A stretch of DNA of 63,570 nucleotides, counting the filler, from Thraustochytrium aureum (Eukaryota), in the NCBI GenBank assembly GCA_012862495.1. It is 6 parts of 2 records of this genome, joined end to end, with 100 filler letters (N's around TTAATTAATTAA, not from the genome) between each part and the next. Parts side by side here need not be neighbours in the genome. Positions count along the whole stretch, not along the records: positions 7,606 to 25,876 come from BLSG01000154.1; positions 25,977 to 42,384 come from BLSG01000154.1; 4 more parts are not named here. One strand, given 5' to 3'. Positions within the stretch are counted from its first letter, which is position 1, and each line of letters opens with the position of its first letter. The notes under the pieces were generated by a model. It was not told where the DNA came from and searched no databases. It saw only the letters and a program-made list of their open reading frames with translations. Shown piece by piece: positions 22,845 to 35,994 of the stretch. The position numbers were made by a program, and so were the translations under genes.

Positions 22845-23280
22845 TAAAAACCCACAAAACTAGCGAAAAACAGCAAAAAAACAGCAAACAAAAAGCAAAC
22901 AAAAAGCAAACAAAAAGCAAAAAGCTTGGCCAAAAGCCGAAACAAAACGCCCAAAGTTTCACGGAAACTGCAGCCTCACAAGGGGCAAGGGGAAATCCGT
23001 GTCCGCCACACAAGCATGGATAGAATCCTGCGAGGATTCTATCTTTTTCAGCGCCAGCAAGGTCCGGCAGGATTCTGCACAAAAAAAAGCGAAAAAAAAA
23101 GCGAAAAACACTTGGGGAAAAAAGGATAAAAAACGAATGAAAACACAAGGACAAGCGGTTTCGTCACTTTCGCTGGTCTCAAGGTGCCGAGGCCGAAAAA
23201 AAGGAGAAAAAAAGGAGGAAAAAAGGAGAAAATAAGGGAAAACAAAGGAAAAGTAAAGGAAAAAGCAAACAAGCAACGAA
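22845..23280. repeat. A-rich low-complexity region upstream of the C2H2 gene
   Basis: AAAAGCAAAC-type repeats and poly-A runs in a GC-rich background. Confidence 0.7.
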
Positions 23281-25876
23281 TACCTTGAAAGGCAGCTGCT
23301 CTGGGTACCATACCTCCCTCCCTCCCTACGACCGTACCTACTCAACCTACCTACCTTCTGCCTGGGCCGGGCGCGAAATCCTGGTGTTTCTCCTTGGCCT
23401 CGCACCGTTTCTCCCTCGAAGGCCGATCGTCTGGTCGCACGTTTCCTTTCCAGGCGCCCTGTGCACGCACGCGGTTTCATCCAAAAATGAAGTCGATTTC
23501 AGCCAGCTCTGCCCTCATGGCCGAAGATCGATCGACCGCCTACACTGACCGCGGCACACTGACCTCGGCCGCTTTCCTGCACTGACGCAGCTGCTCGCTC
23601 TAGCCAGAGAAGAGCACGGCGCCGCACAGAGTATCTTGCAGCGGCCTCTCCGTTGCCTGCGATCGATCGCTCTATCTGCCCACACCCTGCACATTGGCCA
23701 AGCAGACAAAAGAAACAGACAAGGCAAGCCGTGGCCACTGCAAGTCGGCATCGCCGCTCCACGTGCATGTGAACCTGACGCGTGACGCAGCGGCTTGTAC
23801 CTGCGCTCTGTGGCGGTCGCCATCCGCGGCCCGCTGGTGGTGTTTTTCCCCATGCGAGTCTCAAGTTGCGACACCTCGCGGCGCGCGAGGGTCCCTCCCT
23901 CCCTCTTGCTTTCTGCACGACCTCCACCCGCCCAGCCGCAATGCTCCGTGCAGCGCTGTAGGTAGTAGAGTAGCATTCAGGCATCATCTCGCGGGCCAGG
24001 CCGCGACGACTGCGTAGTCAAGCCTNNNNNNNNNNNNNNNNNNNNNNNNNNNNNNNNNNNNNNNNNNNNNNNNNNNNNNNNNNNNNNNNNNNNNNNNNNN
24101 NNNNNNNNNNNNNNNNNNNNNNNNNNNNNNNNNNNNNNNNNNNNNNNNNNNNNNNNNNNNNNNNNNNNNNNNNNNNNNNNNNNNNNNNNNNNNNNNNNNN
24201 NNNNNNNNNNNNNNNNNNNNNNNNNNNNNNNNNNNNNNNNNNNNNNNNNNNNNNNNNNNNNNNNNNNNNNNNNNNNNNNNNNNNNNNNNNNNNNNNNNNN
24301 NNNNNNGATTCGCCAAGACGAATGGCAACAATCCAATCGCCAGAAAGCGCCTACTTACTCTACCTCCTCCCCACGAGCTTGCTGCCTTTCGAAGAAAACC
24401 CACTGGCAGAGCAGTCCAGTCCCGGCCTTGTGTCTCATCAGTCCATGTGCGCGCCGAGGAGGAAGGAGGGTCCTCCTGGGCAGAACGACCTCCTCGCCGC
24501 GCTTGTGACACCGCCGCGCCTTGGCGGGAAAGGCCAGCTTCGCTTGCTGGCAGTCCGCCCAACTGCAAATGCGCTGCTCCAGGGTATCCATCCACTCTGC
24601 GCTTTCCACTCTGCGCTGCGGAGGGAAGGAAGGAAGGAAGGAAGGACGACTGTGCGTGCTTCGATGCGACCAAAACGACCCCTTCAAGACCACGTCCTGT
24701 CGGCGTCGCGCGCAGCGAAATTGCGCCAAGGCGCGCTCCCTCCGCGCGCGCAAGCCTGGCCGAGCGAGGCCGCGCGTCTGTGACGCGCCGCGGCCAGGTC
24801 CACCTACTTACCTACTGCAAGCCTGGGGCGCGGCGCAGCATCGGGACGAAGAGAAGAGCCGCCTTTGCAGCACGGAGAGCCTGGGCCGGCACGACACGAA
24901 CGCCAACTTGCTGCTGCGGCGCCCGCCGCGAGCAAAAACGTCACCGGAGCCGAGTGGCTCGTTGCTCGGAGCGCAGCGTGCTGGCGGCGTGCGTGCGAGA
25001 CGAGGACTCACAGCCGCACATCTGCGCAGGCGCCGAGTGCCCCTGCTCAAGAGGGGCCTCGGCCACAGCGCGAAGAACGGCACGACTGGGGGCACGGGGG
25101 CAGTCGCGTGGCCGCTCCAAGTTAGGGTGGGGGAGTTAGGGTAGGGTACTCGCTTCGCAACGGATACCTCCAAACAAGCGCAGGAGAACACAACGATCCT
25201 GTCGAATCTCTTCTTGCACAACTCTGCAGCCACGGATGTCGTTGGCCGGAGCAGAGCGGAGGCCAGGCCTGTCTGAGGAGCCAGGCCCAACCAACTCGAA
25301 CCCGCCTTGCGGCGCCACTCTCTAGCTCGAGCCCAACCAACTCGAACCCGCCCAAGTACTCTGCCAAAAGCCTCAACTGGTGATCTTGGAAAGAAAAAGA
25401 CTCGCGCTGTTCACCTTGGGAGTTGTACCTCCCGCAGCGAGGCCAACCGCCACGGAGATTCGGAATTCGGATTCGGCCCGAGCCGGGCACAACAGAGGAC
25501 GGCCGGCCCTCCGTGCTGCCTCTCACCAGGTTAGCGCCCGGGCGGTTGGGCAATTTGGGCGGGTTGGGACAAGCGAACCAAAGATCGCCACCCCACAAGG
25601 ACCACAAGGGCGAGCAAGCCCTCGTCGGCCAGCGCAAGCTCGCTGTCTCCGCACGTCATCACTGTCATCAGGCTTGGAGGATCCGACCGCGGTCGTTCGA
25701 CGAGAGCGCCGGGGCACCGTCACGCGCGCTCACAAAAGGCACGGCTCCAAGAGAAAGCCGCGCTCGAAAGAAAGCCACGACCGCGAGCGCGAGCGCTCGA
25801 AAGCCGACCGAGCCCCTCGCCAATCAATGCCTCTGCGCCAAATGTCTCTGCGCCAGAGGCACGAGCTCACTGAAAG

Positions 25877-25976
25877 NNNNNNNNNNNNNNNNNNNNNNNN
25901 NNNNNNNNNNNNNNNNNNNNTTAATTAATTAANNNNNNNNNNNNNNNNNNNNNNNNNNNNNNNNNNNNNNNNNNNN
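25877..25976. other. Artificial scaffold-joining linker
   Basis: N44-TTAATTAATTAA-N44. Confidence 0.97.
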
Positions 25977-26623
25977 CGAGCTCTCTGACCGAGCCCCATG
26001 TCTACTTGTCCCGACTGCAGGAGCGGCGAGAGGAACGCGGCTGCGCGCCGCTCGCGCCAAAAGTGCCCGCTGGCCGCCTGCTCGAGCCGACCTCCGTGCA
26101 GACTATTGTGCCACATCATGCGCTGCGACGGCAGTGGCGGCAGCTCCTCTGCTACGGCATGCGTTTCGCCCATGTTTTGCCGCACGAGCACCACGTTGGA
26201 CTTGCGCAGCGCCGCCGCCGCGTCCAGAGCTTGCGTTAGCGACGCTCTGTGAGGGCTGGCTGTGCTAGGGGCCGGCGCTGGCTGTTGTGGCGCCCCGGAT
26301 CGTGCATCGAGGAGCGCTTGCGCGCTCTCGGCCGCGGCTCGCATGCGTGCGGCGCGGCCCGAGCGATTCAAACCGGCCCGTTCCCGCGCGGCTACCTCGT
26401 TTGTCAGCTCCACGAGTCTGTGCGGAAAGTTGAGCTGGGCTGCGCGCCCGTGCACTTGCACCGCGCGAAGGTCGTACTCCCAAGCAGCAGCCTCCTCCGA
26501 GGTGTAGTAGCCCAGGTATTCGTACTTGCCGTTTACAGTGATCTGCGCCTTCCAGACCTGGTTGGCCCTGAACCAGCTCACGCCGCGATACCTGGAGGAC
26601 GAGGTCGAGCGCGACCGCTTCAT
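25977..26623 (-). CDS. AP2/ERF-domain transcription factor (3' truncated)
   Basis: SRYRGVSW...WKAQI...YEYLGYYTSEEAAAWEYDLRAVQVHGRAAQLNFP is a canonical AP2 domain. Confidence 0.9.
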
Positions 26624-28866
26624 CCTGCGGCCCCTTGTGCGCCGCTCACTAGAGCTGGCCGTCCCCGCGAGATTCGCGCCTGGGGGGGCGCAAGGCCCTG
26701 GGCCCACCTCGTTCTCTTTGTCTAACTCGTTTCGCTCCGCTGGCTTGTCGACCCCCGCGCAGGGGGCCTTGTCCTGCTTGTTTGCTGCGTGATTCGAAAA
26801 TGGCCCTGCTCGAGGGCTTTCGCTGCTCGATTCTTGGGTGCTCTTGCTCGAGCTCGTGCTCGATTCTTGGCTGCTCTTGCTCGAGCTCGTGCTCGTGCTT
26901 GGGCTTGCCGCAGCCTTCTCGACGTCGCGATCGCCGAGCGGCGCAGACGCGCCTAGCGTCGCTCGACTGTCCGCGCGGTAGTTCCTCGAGGCGGCCGAAG
27001 CGGCGGNNNNNNNNNNNNNNNNNNNNNNNNNNNNNNNNNNNNNNNNNNNNNNNNNNNNNNNNNNNNNNNNNNNNNNNNNNNNNNNNNNNNNNNNNNNNNN
27101 NNNNNNNNNNNNNNNNNNNNNNNNNNNNNNNNNNNNNNNNNNNNNNNNNNNNNNNNNNNNNNNNNNNNNNNNNNNNNNNNNNNNNNNNNNNNNNNNNNNN
27201 NNNNNTCGCTAGCGCTGTGGCCTTTGGGCCTGGGCTGTCGCGTTCGAGGTTCTGGCAAGAGGCCAAGCGGAACTGTCTGTCGGTGTGGAGACGGTACGCA
27301 AGGCTGCGCCAGCCGAGTTGGCTGCTTCAGCGCCTGCGCCGATGTTGCGCCCTTGCCTGGCACTGATGCAACAGAGAGTCGGTGGCAGAGCGGAGCAGCG
27401 TCTATCCCACCCAGTCTACGCGCCGCGAGTGCCCTCTAGTCGAGCAAGGTTCGTCCAAGTAAGTACATACTCGGCAGGTACTTGGGATGACACCGTGTGC
27501 GATTGGGTGGGTTGGCGGCGATGCCGTCGCACGGCGTTGCCGAGGCCCGCTCGCTGCTTGTGCGCCTCAACCTCCTGGCGCCAGGAGCCGGCCAATTGCT
27601 TGCCAGCCAGCCAGCCAGCCAAGCAGCCAGTATTCCGCGCCGCGTCTTCAAGTTGGCGTGGAATTTCTAGCTGGGTGTGGTGGATCAACCCTGCCCGGAC
27701 GGAACGATTATGAGTACCTGCAGCAATCCGCGAACCCCTGGACCTCCGAACGGAGCCTTGGCTGGAGGTACTCCCTACCTCTCCAACTGGCTGCAGCAAG
27801 CGCGCGTGTGTGCGTCGCTGCGGAAAGAAAGAAAGGATGGTCGTCTGGTTGCTGCGTACCGTCAACTCGCTCAAGGCTGATTGCTGTTACACAACAACGA
27901 CCAAGGCTGCACTTCCCGCCCGCCTGCGAAACGAGCACCTCGCTTGCTCCAAGAGCCAACCGCCGGCCGAGTCGTCGCGCTCGGATCCTGTACCTACCTG
28001 CCGCGTCGCGCCTTCCATTTCCAAAGCGCCTCGGTCAACGCGTTTTTGTGGTTTTGTGGACATACGCGAGTTTCTAGGTACCTACCTGCCAGGCGGCCCC
28101 ACGACTTCTCACAGGCGCCAAGGGACCTGAAGAGCGGGTGCGGCGGGCCCCCGCGAGTGGACGCAGCGCGCCGCCCGCGTTTTGCTCATTTTGCCAATGG
28201 CTGGCGTGAACGGGCGTGTCCTAAAGGCCTGCCCAGTGCTTACTCAAGTGAGTGACGTGCCAGTCGTGGGGTCGGGCGTGCGTGCCGTGGGCTTGCGCCC
28301 GATTGAGCCTTCCTAACGGGCAAGTGCGGCGGGCACTTTACTTGACAGCCCGTGCTGGCGGCATCAGGGCCCGCGCACGCGGCCGCAGCAAAGTGGCCTT
28401 GCTGCTCAAGCCAAGCCGAAGAAGGAGAAGGAGAAAACAAGCACAGGGGGGCGCTGCTTCTCGTTGTTGACTTCCTGTTGATTTTTTTGTGGTGGCGGCG
28501 GCGGCGGCGGTGGTTTTGTGCTATCTCAGCGGTTGCCGGGCANNNNNNNNNNNNNNNNNNNNNNNNNNNNNNNNNNNNNNNNNNNNNNNNNNNNNNNNNN
28601 NNNNNNNNNNNNNNNNNNNNNNNNNNNNNNNNNNNNNNNNNNNNNNNNNNNNNNNNNNNNNNNNNNNNNNNNNNNNNNNNNNNNNNNNNNNNNNNNNNNN
28701 NNNNNNNNNNNNNNNNNNNNNNNNNNNNNNNNNNNNNNNNNNNNNNNNNNNNNNNNNNNNNNNNNNNNNNNNNNNNNNNNNNNNNNNNNNNNNNNCTTCA
28801 GGATTGCAATTGCAGCGGGTTGATCGGAGGCATGCATGCCCAGAGGAGGCGCTGACACGCGCGCGC

Positions 28867-31800
28867 TTAGGCCTCGGGGCCAAAGGTAAAACTCGGCACC
28901 CCCGGCGCCGCCTCATCCGCCGGCGCCGCCTCCGCAATCTCGACCTTGGACAGCTCGACCGCGTTCGTCAGAAAGACAATCTGGGACTGCAAGGTGGCAG
29001 CCTGGTCGTACGGCATCGCGAGCTCAAGCGCAGTGAGGTCGCCCTCGTCCTTGACGCGCTGAATGCAAAACGCAGCCTTCTGCAGCCCGTCCTTCATATT
29101 GTTCTTGACCGCCTCGTGAGACTTGGCAAAGTCCTTGACCTGCTTCATGATGTCGCTCGGGAAGGAGCACGTCTCTTCGTCCGCTTTCGTGGCCATAAAC
29201 TCGAGCACTGCCTTGTGCCAGTCCGGGAACGAGTTGCTCACGTGCACGACCACAGAGTCGATGTTCACGTTCTGGTTCTTGCGCGCCCGCTTCTTGACCT
29301 CGGCTGCCACACCCAGGCGGATACGCCGCGCCGTCTCGTTCAGAAACGCGACCGACCGCACAAAGCTCGGGTTTGGCTTGCCCACGGCGGGCCAGCTCGC
29401 CTTGGCCACGAATCCCTCGTTGCCGAGCACCGTCTGCCAGATGTGCTCGTAAAAGTGCGGGCACACCGGCGACATGATGATAGCGCCCACCTCGAGGAAC
29501 TTGCGCACCACTGTGCTGTTGAGCTGCAAGCCTTCCTTGGCGCACGCGTCCTTGTACGCGTCGCGAAACCCGAGGAACTCGTAAAACCCGTACTTGACCA
29601 CGTCGCGAAACCGCATCGCATCGTACGCCCGCTCGGTCTTTTGCACGGCCATGTCCATCTGGGCGTCGAACGCCTTGTCGAAAAAGTTGTACCCCTCGGC
29701 CCTTCGTTGCGCAGCGCCTTGGACGGCTCGCCCGAGGTCATCTGCTCGGCCCACTCGAGCTCCGTGGTGAGACGCAGGATCGACTTGTCGGCAACCTCGC
29801 ACGAGAAGTTGGCGTCGTCCAGCAGGTCGCCGGAGGCCGCCAGCGAGAGGCGCGTCGCGTCCGCACTCCAGCCAACGACGATCTCCTTGCCGTCCAGCGA
29901 GAAGACGCGGTGCCCAGACACGGCCTCGTTCAGCATGATAAAGTTACCTTCCGACTTGGCCATCTTGCGTCCCTCGACCTCGATAAACCCTGTTTGTGCG
30001 CGCGCCAAGCCCTTCCGTGTCAGCATCGCGAGCGAGCAAGCAAGCACTCACTCCCCGGCCCCACCCCATATCCCCCAACCCAACCCAAACCAAAAAGCCT
30101 TGGGCTCGAATTGTTTGAACAAACGGAGGCTCTTGGAAGACAGAAGCGAGCGTCCAAAAGTACTATGGTGGTCGACGCGAAATCGCGCCTTCTCTAGGGA
30201 CCTGCAGGACCGAGTGCTGGAGCGGCGCGACGCTGGGCGGAAAACCCGCACAGCGCGAACCGTGCAGCTGGCCGCGCACAGCGTGCGTGCCTGGCTGCAA
30301 ACGCGGGGTACCGCCGCCACGAGGGCGGCGCGCGTCCAACACTGCGACGCGGCTTCGAGGCACAAATTGCGCCGCGCAACCGCGGGACCGCCAGCCCCAT
30401 TCCGTTCCAAAGCCCGCCCAAAAGGGGGGTCACACAGAGGCCTTCACAAAACACCTGCCGNNNNNNNNNNNNNNNNNNNNNNNNNNNNNNNNNNNNNNNN
30501 NNNNNNNNNNNNNNNNNNNNNNNNNNNNNNNNNNNNNNNNNNNNNNNNNNNNNNNNNNNNNNNNNNNNNNNNNNNNNNNNNNNNNNNNNNNNNNNNNNNN
30601 NNNNNNNNNNNNNNNNNNNNNNNNNNNNNNNNNNNNNNNNNNNNNNNNNNNNNNNNNNNNNNNNNNNNNNNNNNAAAGCGCAGAGCCCACGCGCGCAGTG
30701 TCCTTCCTCCCTGTCACCCAGCCAGCAGCAACCAAACCTAGCAAAGCGCAGAGCCGGCAGCAAACAAACCAGCGCAAAATCCCTATCAGGCAGCGTGACG
30801 TACCGTTGGCGAAGAAGCCCTGCGGCCACATCTCCGGGCGGTCCTTCCAGATCGCGGCGTGGTTGTACAGCGACATGGTCAGATGGTTCTGGATCAAGTC
30901 GCGACCGCTGACGCGCAGGTTCATGGGGTACCAGTACTCGAACGACTCGCGGAGCTGGACGAGCTTGGTCTCGTCCACAGCGCAGCCTGCAGGGTATTCC
31001 TTGCCCAAAAACACAAAGTCGAAAACCTCGGGTGTGAGGTCCTCTGGCCGAATCGCGAGCGGGCTCGCCGCGCCCCCAGCGCCCGTATAGTCCTCCGGGC
31101 CCGCGCGCCCCTGCAGCAGGTGTGAGATAGTGTAGTACGCCATGTAGATGGTACTGTCCGACAGCGACTCGATCACAAACTGCTCGTCCCAGGGAACGCG
31201 CGTGCCGAGCCCAAAGTTGCGCGAGCAGGCCCACTCGCGCAGCCAGTCGATCACCTCCATAAAGGCCTTGCGCGTGGCCGGCGTGTAGGTCTCAAACCGC
31301 GTCGGGTCAAGACGTGACCGCGGACCTCGTCCGCCCACGAGGACTCCCCGTACTTGATAAACCACTGGTCCAGGTACGCCACGACGCACTCGTCGCCAGA
31401 GCGGCTCGTGACCTCCTTCTCGGGCTCGTAGTACAGGAACGCCTCCCCGTCCGCGCACATCTTGACCTTGCAACGGTCCTTGGCCTCGCTCACCTTGAGC
31501 CCCTTGACGCCGTCCTCTTCGCCGACAAGCATGACGCCTTTGTAAAAGCCCTCCTTGTACGTCTCCGCCTTGGCCTCCTCCAGCTTTTTCTTGTCGTTCT
31601 GCGACTTGATCTTGAGCTTGTCGCACATAAACACGGCCGACTTGTCGCCCATGCCAGGGATCTCGATGATGGGCACCACCTCGTAGGGGAGCACCATCGC
31701 CTCCGTGACGCCATACTTTTCGCGCAGCGCGGCGTCCGTCTGCCAGTCGCGGAGCGCAGCGTAGTCGTCCGGGGCATCAGAGGGCACCGAGGTGACCACG

Positions 31801-33023
31801 CCCGTGCCCTTGGTCATCGAGATGGTCAGGAGCGGAAGAACGTACACCTTGTCGTACACCGTCTTGGGCGCCTTCACCGGGAGGCCCACCATGTCCCGCC
31901 CCATCACCGTGCACAGCTCGCGAAGCTCGCCCCAGCGCGACGGCTCCGTGAAGGGGTCTTGGTACGCCATGTTGAGCGCCGAGCGCGGCGAGCAGACCAT
32001 GATCTGCGTCTCGCGCTCCGTCGCCCCCACAAACGGCAGCACGTCGAACTCGTACACGCCATACTTGCCCGTGGGGAGCACAAAGCAGTTCGTTTGCCCG
32101 TACATCGTCTCGGGCCGGAGCGTGGCTGCCACGAGGAAGACCTTGCCGGCGGCGAGCATTTCGCTCACGCGCGGGCTCGCCGCCAAGACCGCCTCGGGCA
32201 GTTCGAGCGCGCGCAGCTTGATGAGAGTGTACTCTTGCGGCCCCACGCCCTCGCCGCTCGAGCGGTCGTGGTCCGCGCAGGCCTGCTTGTCCAGCGGCGA
32301 GTAGATCGTCGCGCGCCGTCCAAAGTCGATTTTGCCGTTGTCGCGCAGGCGGAGGAACTGCCACCGGATGAACGCGTCATAGTACTTGTTCGTGTCCGTG
32401 GTGATAAAGCTGCGCCGCCAGTCGGTGTGCAGCCCGAAAAGGCGCAGGTCCTCCTCGCCCAGCTTGGGAAAGTAGTCGAGCCAGGCCAGCGGCTCGGTGA
32501 ACGAGGCCACCAGCTCGTCCGACAGCCCCATCGACTTGAGGATGTCCCACTGCAGCTTCTTGCCGCCGGTCTTGCGCACCGTCTTGGTCTTTTTCGACTT
32601 GAACTTGGACAGATCGGTCGCGTCTGCGCTCTCCGCAGCGGCGCCTGCTGCCTCCGCTTCCTCGTCCGCGTCGGGCACCTTGGGCGGGACGCCGTACTTT
32701 TCCATCTCGTTCTTGAGCTTTGTCGCGGCGCCGGCGATCGGCATGCCGGTCACGTGGAAGCCGAACGGGAACAGAACGTTCTTGCCCTTGAGGCGTTGGT
32801 AGGCGGCCGTAAAGTCGGCCTTGGTGATGGTGAACGCGTGGCCCAGGTGCAGGCGCCCGTTCATGTACGGGTACGGAAACGTAACCAGGTAGCTCTCCTT
32901 GCTGGGGTCGACATCCGCCTCAAACACCTTGGCCGCCTCCCAGCGGCCCCGCACCTCGGCCTCGATATTCCGGAGCTTGTCGCGCCGCGGGAACACCGGC
33001 ACCGCCGCCGGCTCGCCGCTCAT
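28867..33023 (-). CDS. LARS: Cytosolic leucyl-tRNA synthetase; intron 29990-30803; apparent frameshifts ~31311 and ~29695
   Basis: [109 protein letters not shown]. Spliced [18 protein letters not shown]. Confidence 0.97.
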
Positions 33024-33963
33024 CCTCCCTCCGCTCCCTCCGCTCCGCCCGCTCGCGCCCGCTCGCGCCCGCTCTCTGCCCTCCTGCCCGCCTGCGCGCC
33101 TGCTTGTGCTCCTGCTCGTCCGCGCTCGATACGGCTCTGCTGCAGCAGCAGCTGCTCTGCTAGCCATCCCTCATCAGGCTGCTAACAAAAAAGGACAGAG
33201 AGCAAAAGGAACAAAGAACAAAAGGGAGCAACCGCCTGTTCACCTAAGGAGCACTTCCCCGTTCGTGAAGGAGGGTTCCACGAGCACTTCTTTCGTTCTT
33301 TTGTTCTCTTGTTCTTTTCTCCTCTGTTCTTTTGTTCGCTCATCGGAGACCTCAACGATCGAGGTGAGTGACAGTGATGACTCGGGGCGGGCGTCCGGCG
33401 TGGCCAGGCGCGGATGGAGCGCGTGGGCATCGACGGCATCGCGCCGGCTGGGCCGCGCTGCGCTGGACGCGCGTCGCCGCTGCGCGAAAGCCCGCAGCCT
33501 TGCAGGGACCTGCAGAGCAGGCCCGTCCGACCGCGTGCCCGTGCTGGAGCTCGGCCGGAGTTGGCAGCAACGCGGCGCCGACCTGGCTCGGGCCTCGTTG
33601 CTGGTTGCTGGCTGCTGGTTGNNNNNNNNNNNNNNNNNNNNNNNNNNNNNNNNNNNNNNNNNNNNNNNNNNNNNNNNNNNNNNNNNNNNNNNNNNNNNNN
33701 NNNNNNNNNNNNNNNNNNNNNNNNNNNNNNNNNNNNNNNNNNNNNNNNNNNNNNNNNNNNNNNNNNNNNNNNNNNNNNNNNNNNNNNNNNNNNNNNNNNN
33801 NNNNNNNNNNNNNNNNNNNNNNNNNNNNNNNNNNNNNNNNNNNNNNNNNNNNNNNNNNNNNNNNNNNNNNNNNNNNNNNNNNNNNNNNNNNNNNNNNNNN
33901 NNNNNNNNNNNNNNNNNNNNNNNNNNNNNNNNNNNNNNNNNNNNNNNNNNNNNNNNNNNNGGG

Positions 33964-35356
33964 ATGATGGGCAGCGCGGCGCCGGCGCCCTGGCACGCGG
34001 AGCTTGTCGCGGAAAAGACCGTGAACGCAGGGGTTGTGAGCGCTGGCGCGCTCGTCAAGTCGTTCGGCGACATCTCCTCGCTCGCTGTCGTGAAGGCGCA
34101 GCCTGGCGGACTCGGCGCCAGGCTCGTTGGGCTCGACGGGCAAGGCACGCTTTTCGGCTTGGTCGCTGGAGAAGGGCAGAGATGAGCCCAAGGACGTAGT
34201 CGCGTGCCAGTTGGGGCCTGGAACGCATGCGGCAGACGTTGCCTGCGACGACGCGGCGCGCGAAGGCTGCAGCGTGCTCGATCCTACGTCCAAGCACAGC
34301 GCCATGCTCTACACGACCGTCTCCAACGCTTCAGCTAGCTTGGTCGCGCGCGTCAACGCCTCGGACTGCCAGCTCGAGTCCGCGGCCGTTGTCACCCCGG
34401 GACTCTTCGAGCTTGCCGGACTCAGCGGCATCGCTGGGCCCATCGCCGTGGACGCGAGTCGCCGTCTCCTCTGCGTCACCTCGTACGCCGCCGCGCATCA
34501 GGATGCGGCGACGCCCAACGTGCGCCGTCTGCTGCTCGTCGACCTTGCCGCGAATGAAGCCTCGTTGTTCAAGTATGTTTTGCAGAACGGTGATCCTGGC
34601 GCCGGGATCGCCGATCTCTTCTTTTTCCCTGTGCGTGAGCATTGCGCCGGCTTCGAACTCGGCGTACTCGAGCAAGGCCCATCCAACTCGTCTATTTTGC
34701 TCGCAACGACCTCTGCGCCGACCACCATTCGCCTCGCCGACTACGCTGAGCCAGAGCAGGTGACACAGGCGATCAAGGCGCTCCCCACGCTGGCTACTGC
34801 ACCCCTGTCGCCGCCGCTCAAGCTTGCGCCTGCAGTTCATGGAGCGGCGCTCATTGGCGAGGCGAGCGCGAACACGGCGGCGACCTTGTTTGTCGCCACG
34901 AAGAGCCGGCCAGGGTCCAGCGACGTGGCAGCGACGCACCTGATGGTGTTCAATGTGTCGTTTCCGCCTTCGCCAGCGCCCATGCCCGTGACCAAGGCCC
35001 CGACCCAATTGCCGACCAAGCAGCCGTCCATGTTGCCAGTGAGCGCGAGGCCCACGTACGCGCCGAGCGTCAGGCCTAGCCGGCTCCCAACGGAATCACC
35101 CATCACCTCCGGGCAGCTGAGCGACGGGCTTCCGATCGGGCTTTTGAGCCTAGCGGTCGCGCTTTTCATCGTTCTTGGGGTCTTGGCCTGCAAGAGGCTG
35201 CGTCGGCACCAATACAAGAAACCCTTTATGGCAGGAGGGTTGGACCAGGCGGCCGCAGATGAAACAGACTTGGGCGAGTTTGAGATGATGGACTCTGGCT
35301 CATTTCTGCAGGACGGGGACCGCGATCACTTTGTCAACGACGTTGCCGTCATTTGA
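33964..35356 (+). CDS. Type I membrane/surface protein with Pro/Thr/Ser-rich stalk (5' end probably in gap; frameshift ~34155)
   Basis: Stalk PVTKAPTQLPTKQPSMLP..., TM IGLLSLAVALFIVLGVLAC followed by basic stop-transfer KRLRRH. Confidence 0.6.
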
Positions 35357-35994
35357 CGACTCTCTCGTCCTTCTACGGCAACAATGAGAGCACACGTAAA
35401 ACGAATAAACGTTTGTAAATCAATTCTTCTCTTCGCTTGCCGGGCGCGGTTTTGTTCGTGTCCTCAAAGGCCTGGGCGNNNNNNNNNNNNNNNNNNNNNN
35501 NNNNNNNNNNNNNNNNNNNNNNNNNNNNNNNNNNNNNNNNNNNNNNNNNNNNNNNNNNNNNNNNNNNNNNNNNNNNNNNNNNNNNNNNNNNNNNNNNNNN
35601 NNNNNNNNNNNNNNNNNNNNNNNNNNNNNNNNNNNNNNNNNNNNNNNNNNNNNNNNNNNNNNNNNNNNNNNNNNNNNNNNNNNNNNNNNNNNNNNNNNNN
35701 NNNNNNNNNNNNNNNNNNNNNNNNNNNNNNNNNNNNNNNNNNNNNNNNNNNNNNNNNNNNNNNNNNNNNNNNNNNNNNNNNNNNNNNNNNNNNNNNNNNN
35801 NNNNNNNNNNNNNNNNNNNNNNNNNNNNCGGTTTTGTTCGTGTCCTCAAAGACCTGGGCGTTTGAACTGTCGCCCCCATCTTCAACGCTCTTGCATACTG
35901 CGCACAAAGCTTCTTCGCGGGTATTTGTCCCGGTTGCGGTGGGTATACATACACATCTCTGTCTCCACTCTTGTAGAGCTTGAGGATTCTTTAC

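Noticed and set aside
22845..23280. Phe/Leu-rich minus-strand ORFs as membrane proteins
   Set aside because: They are translations of A/T-rich low-complexity non-coding sequence.
25285..25352. 22-nt direct repeat GCCCAACCAACTCGAACCCGCC separated by 24 nt (CRISPR-like)
   Set aside because: Only two copies, no cas genes, eukaryotic context. Simple local duplication.
26824..26900. 33-nt tandem duplication encoding EHELEQE(Q/H)PRI
   Set aside because: Two copies next to a gap with no supported CDS. Ordinary minisatellite.
31314..33185. Long antisense ORFs opposite LeuRS, NOG1, ACMSD-like and the LRR gene
   Set aside because: Expected from high GC3 codon bias; no recognisable domains.
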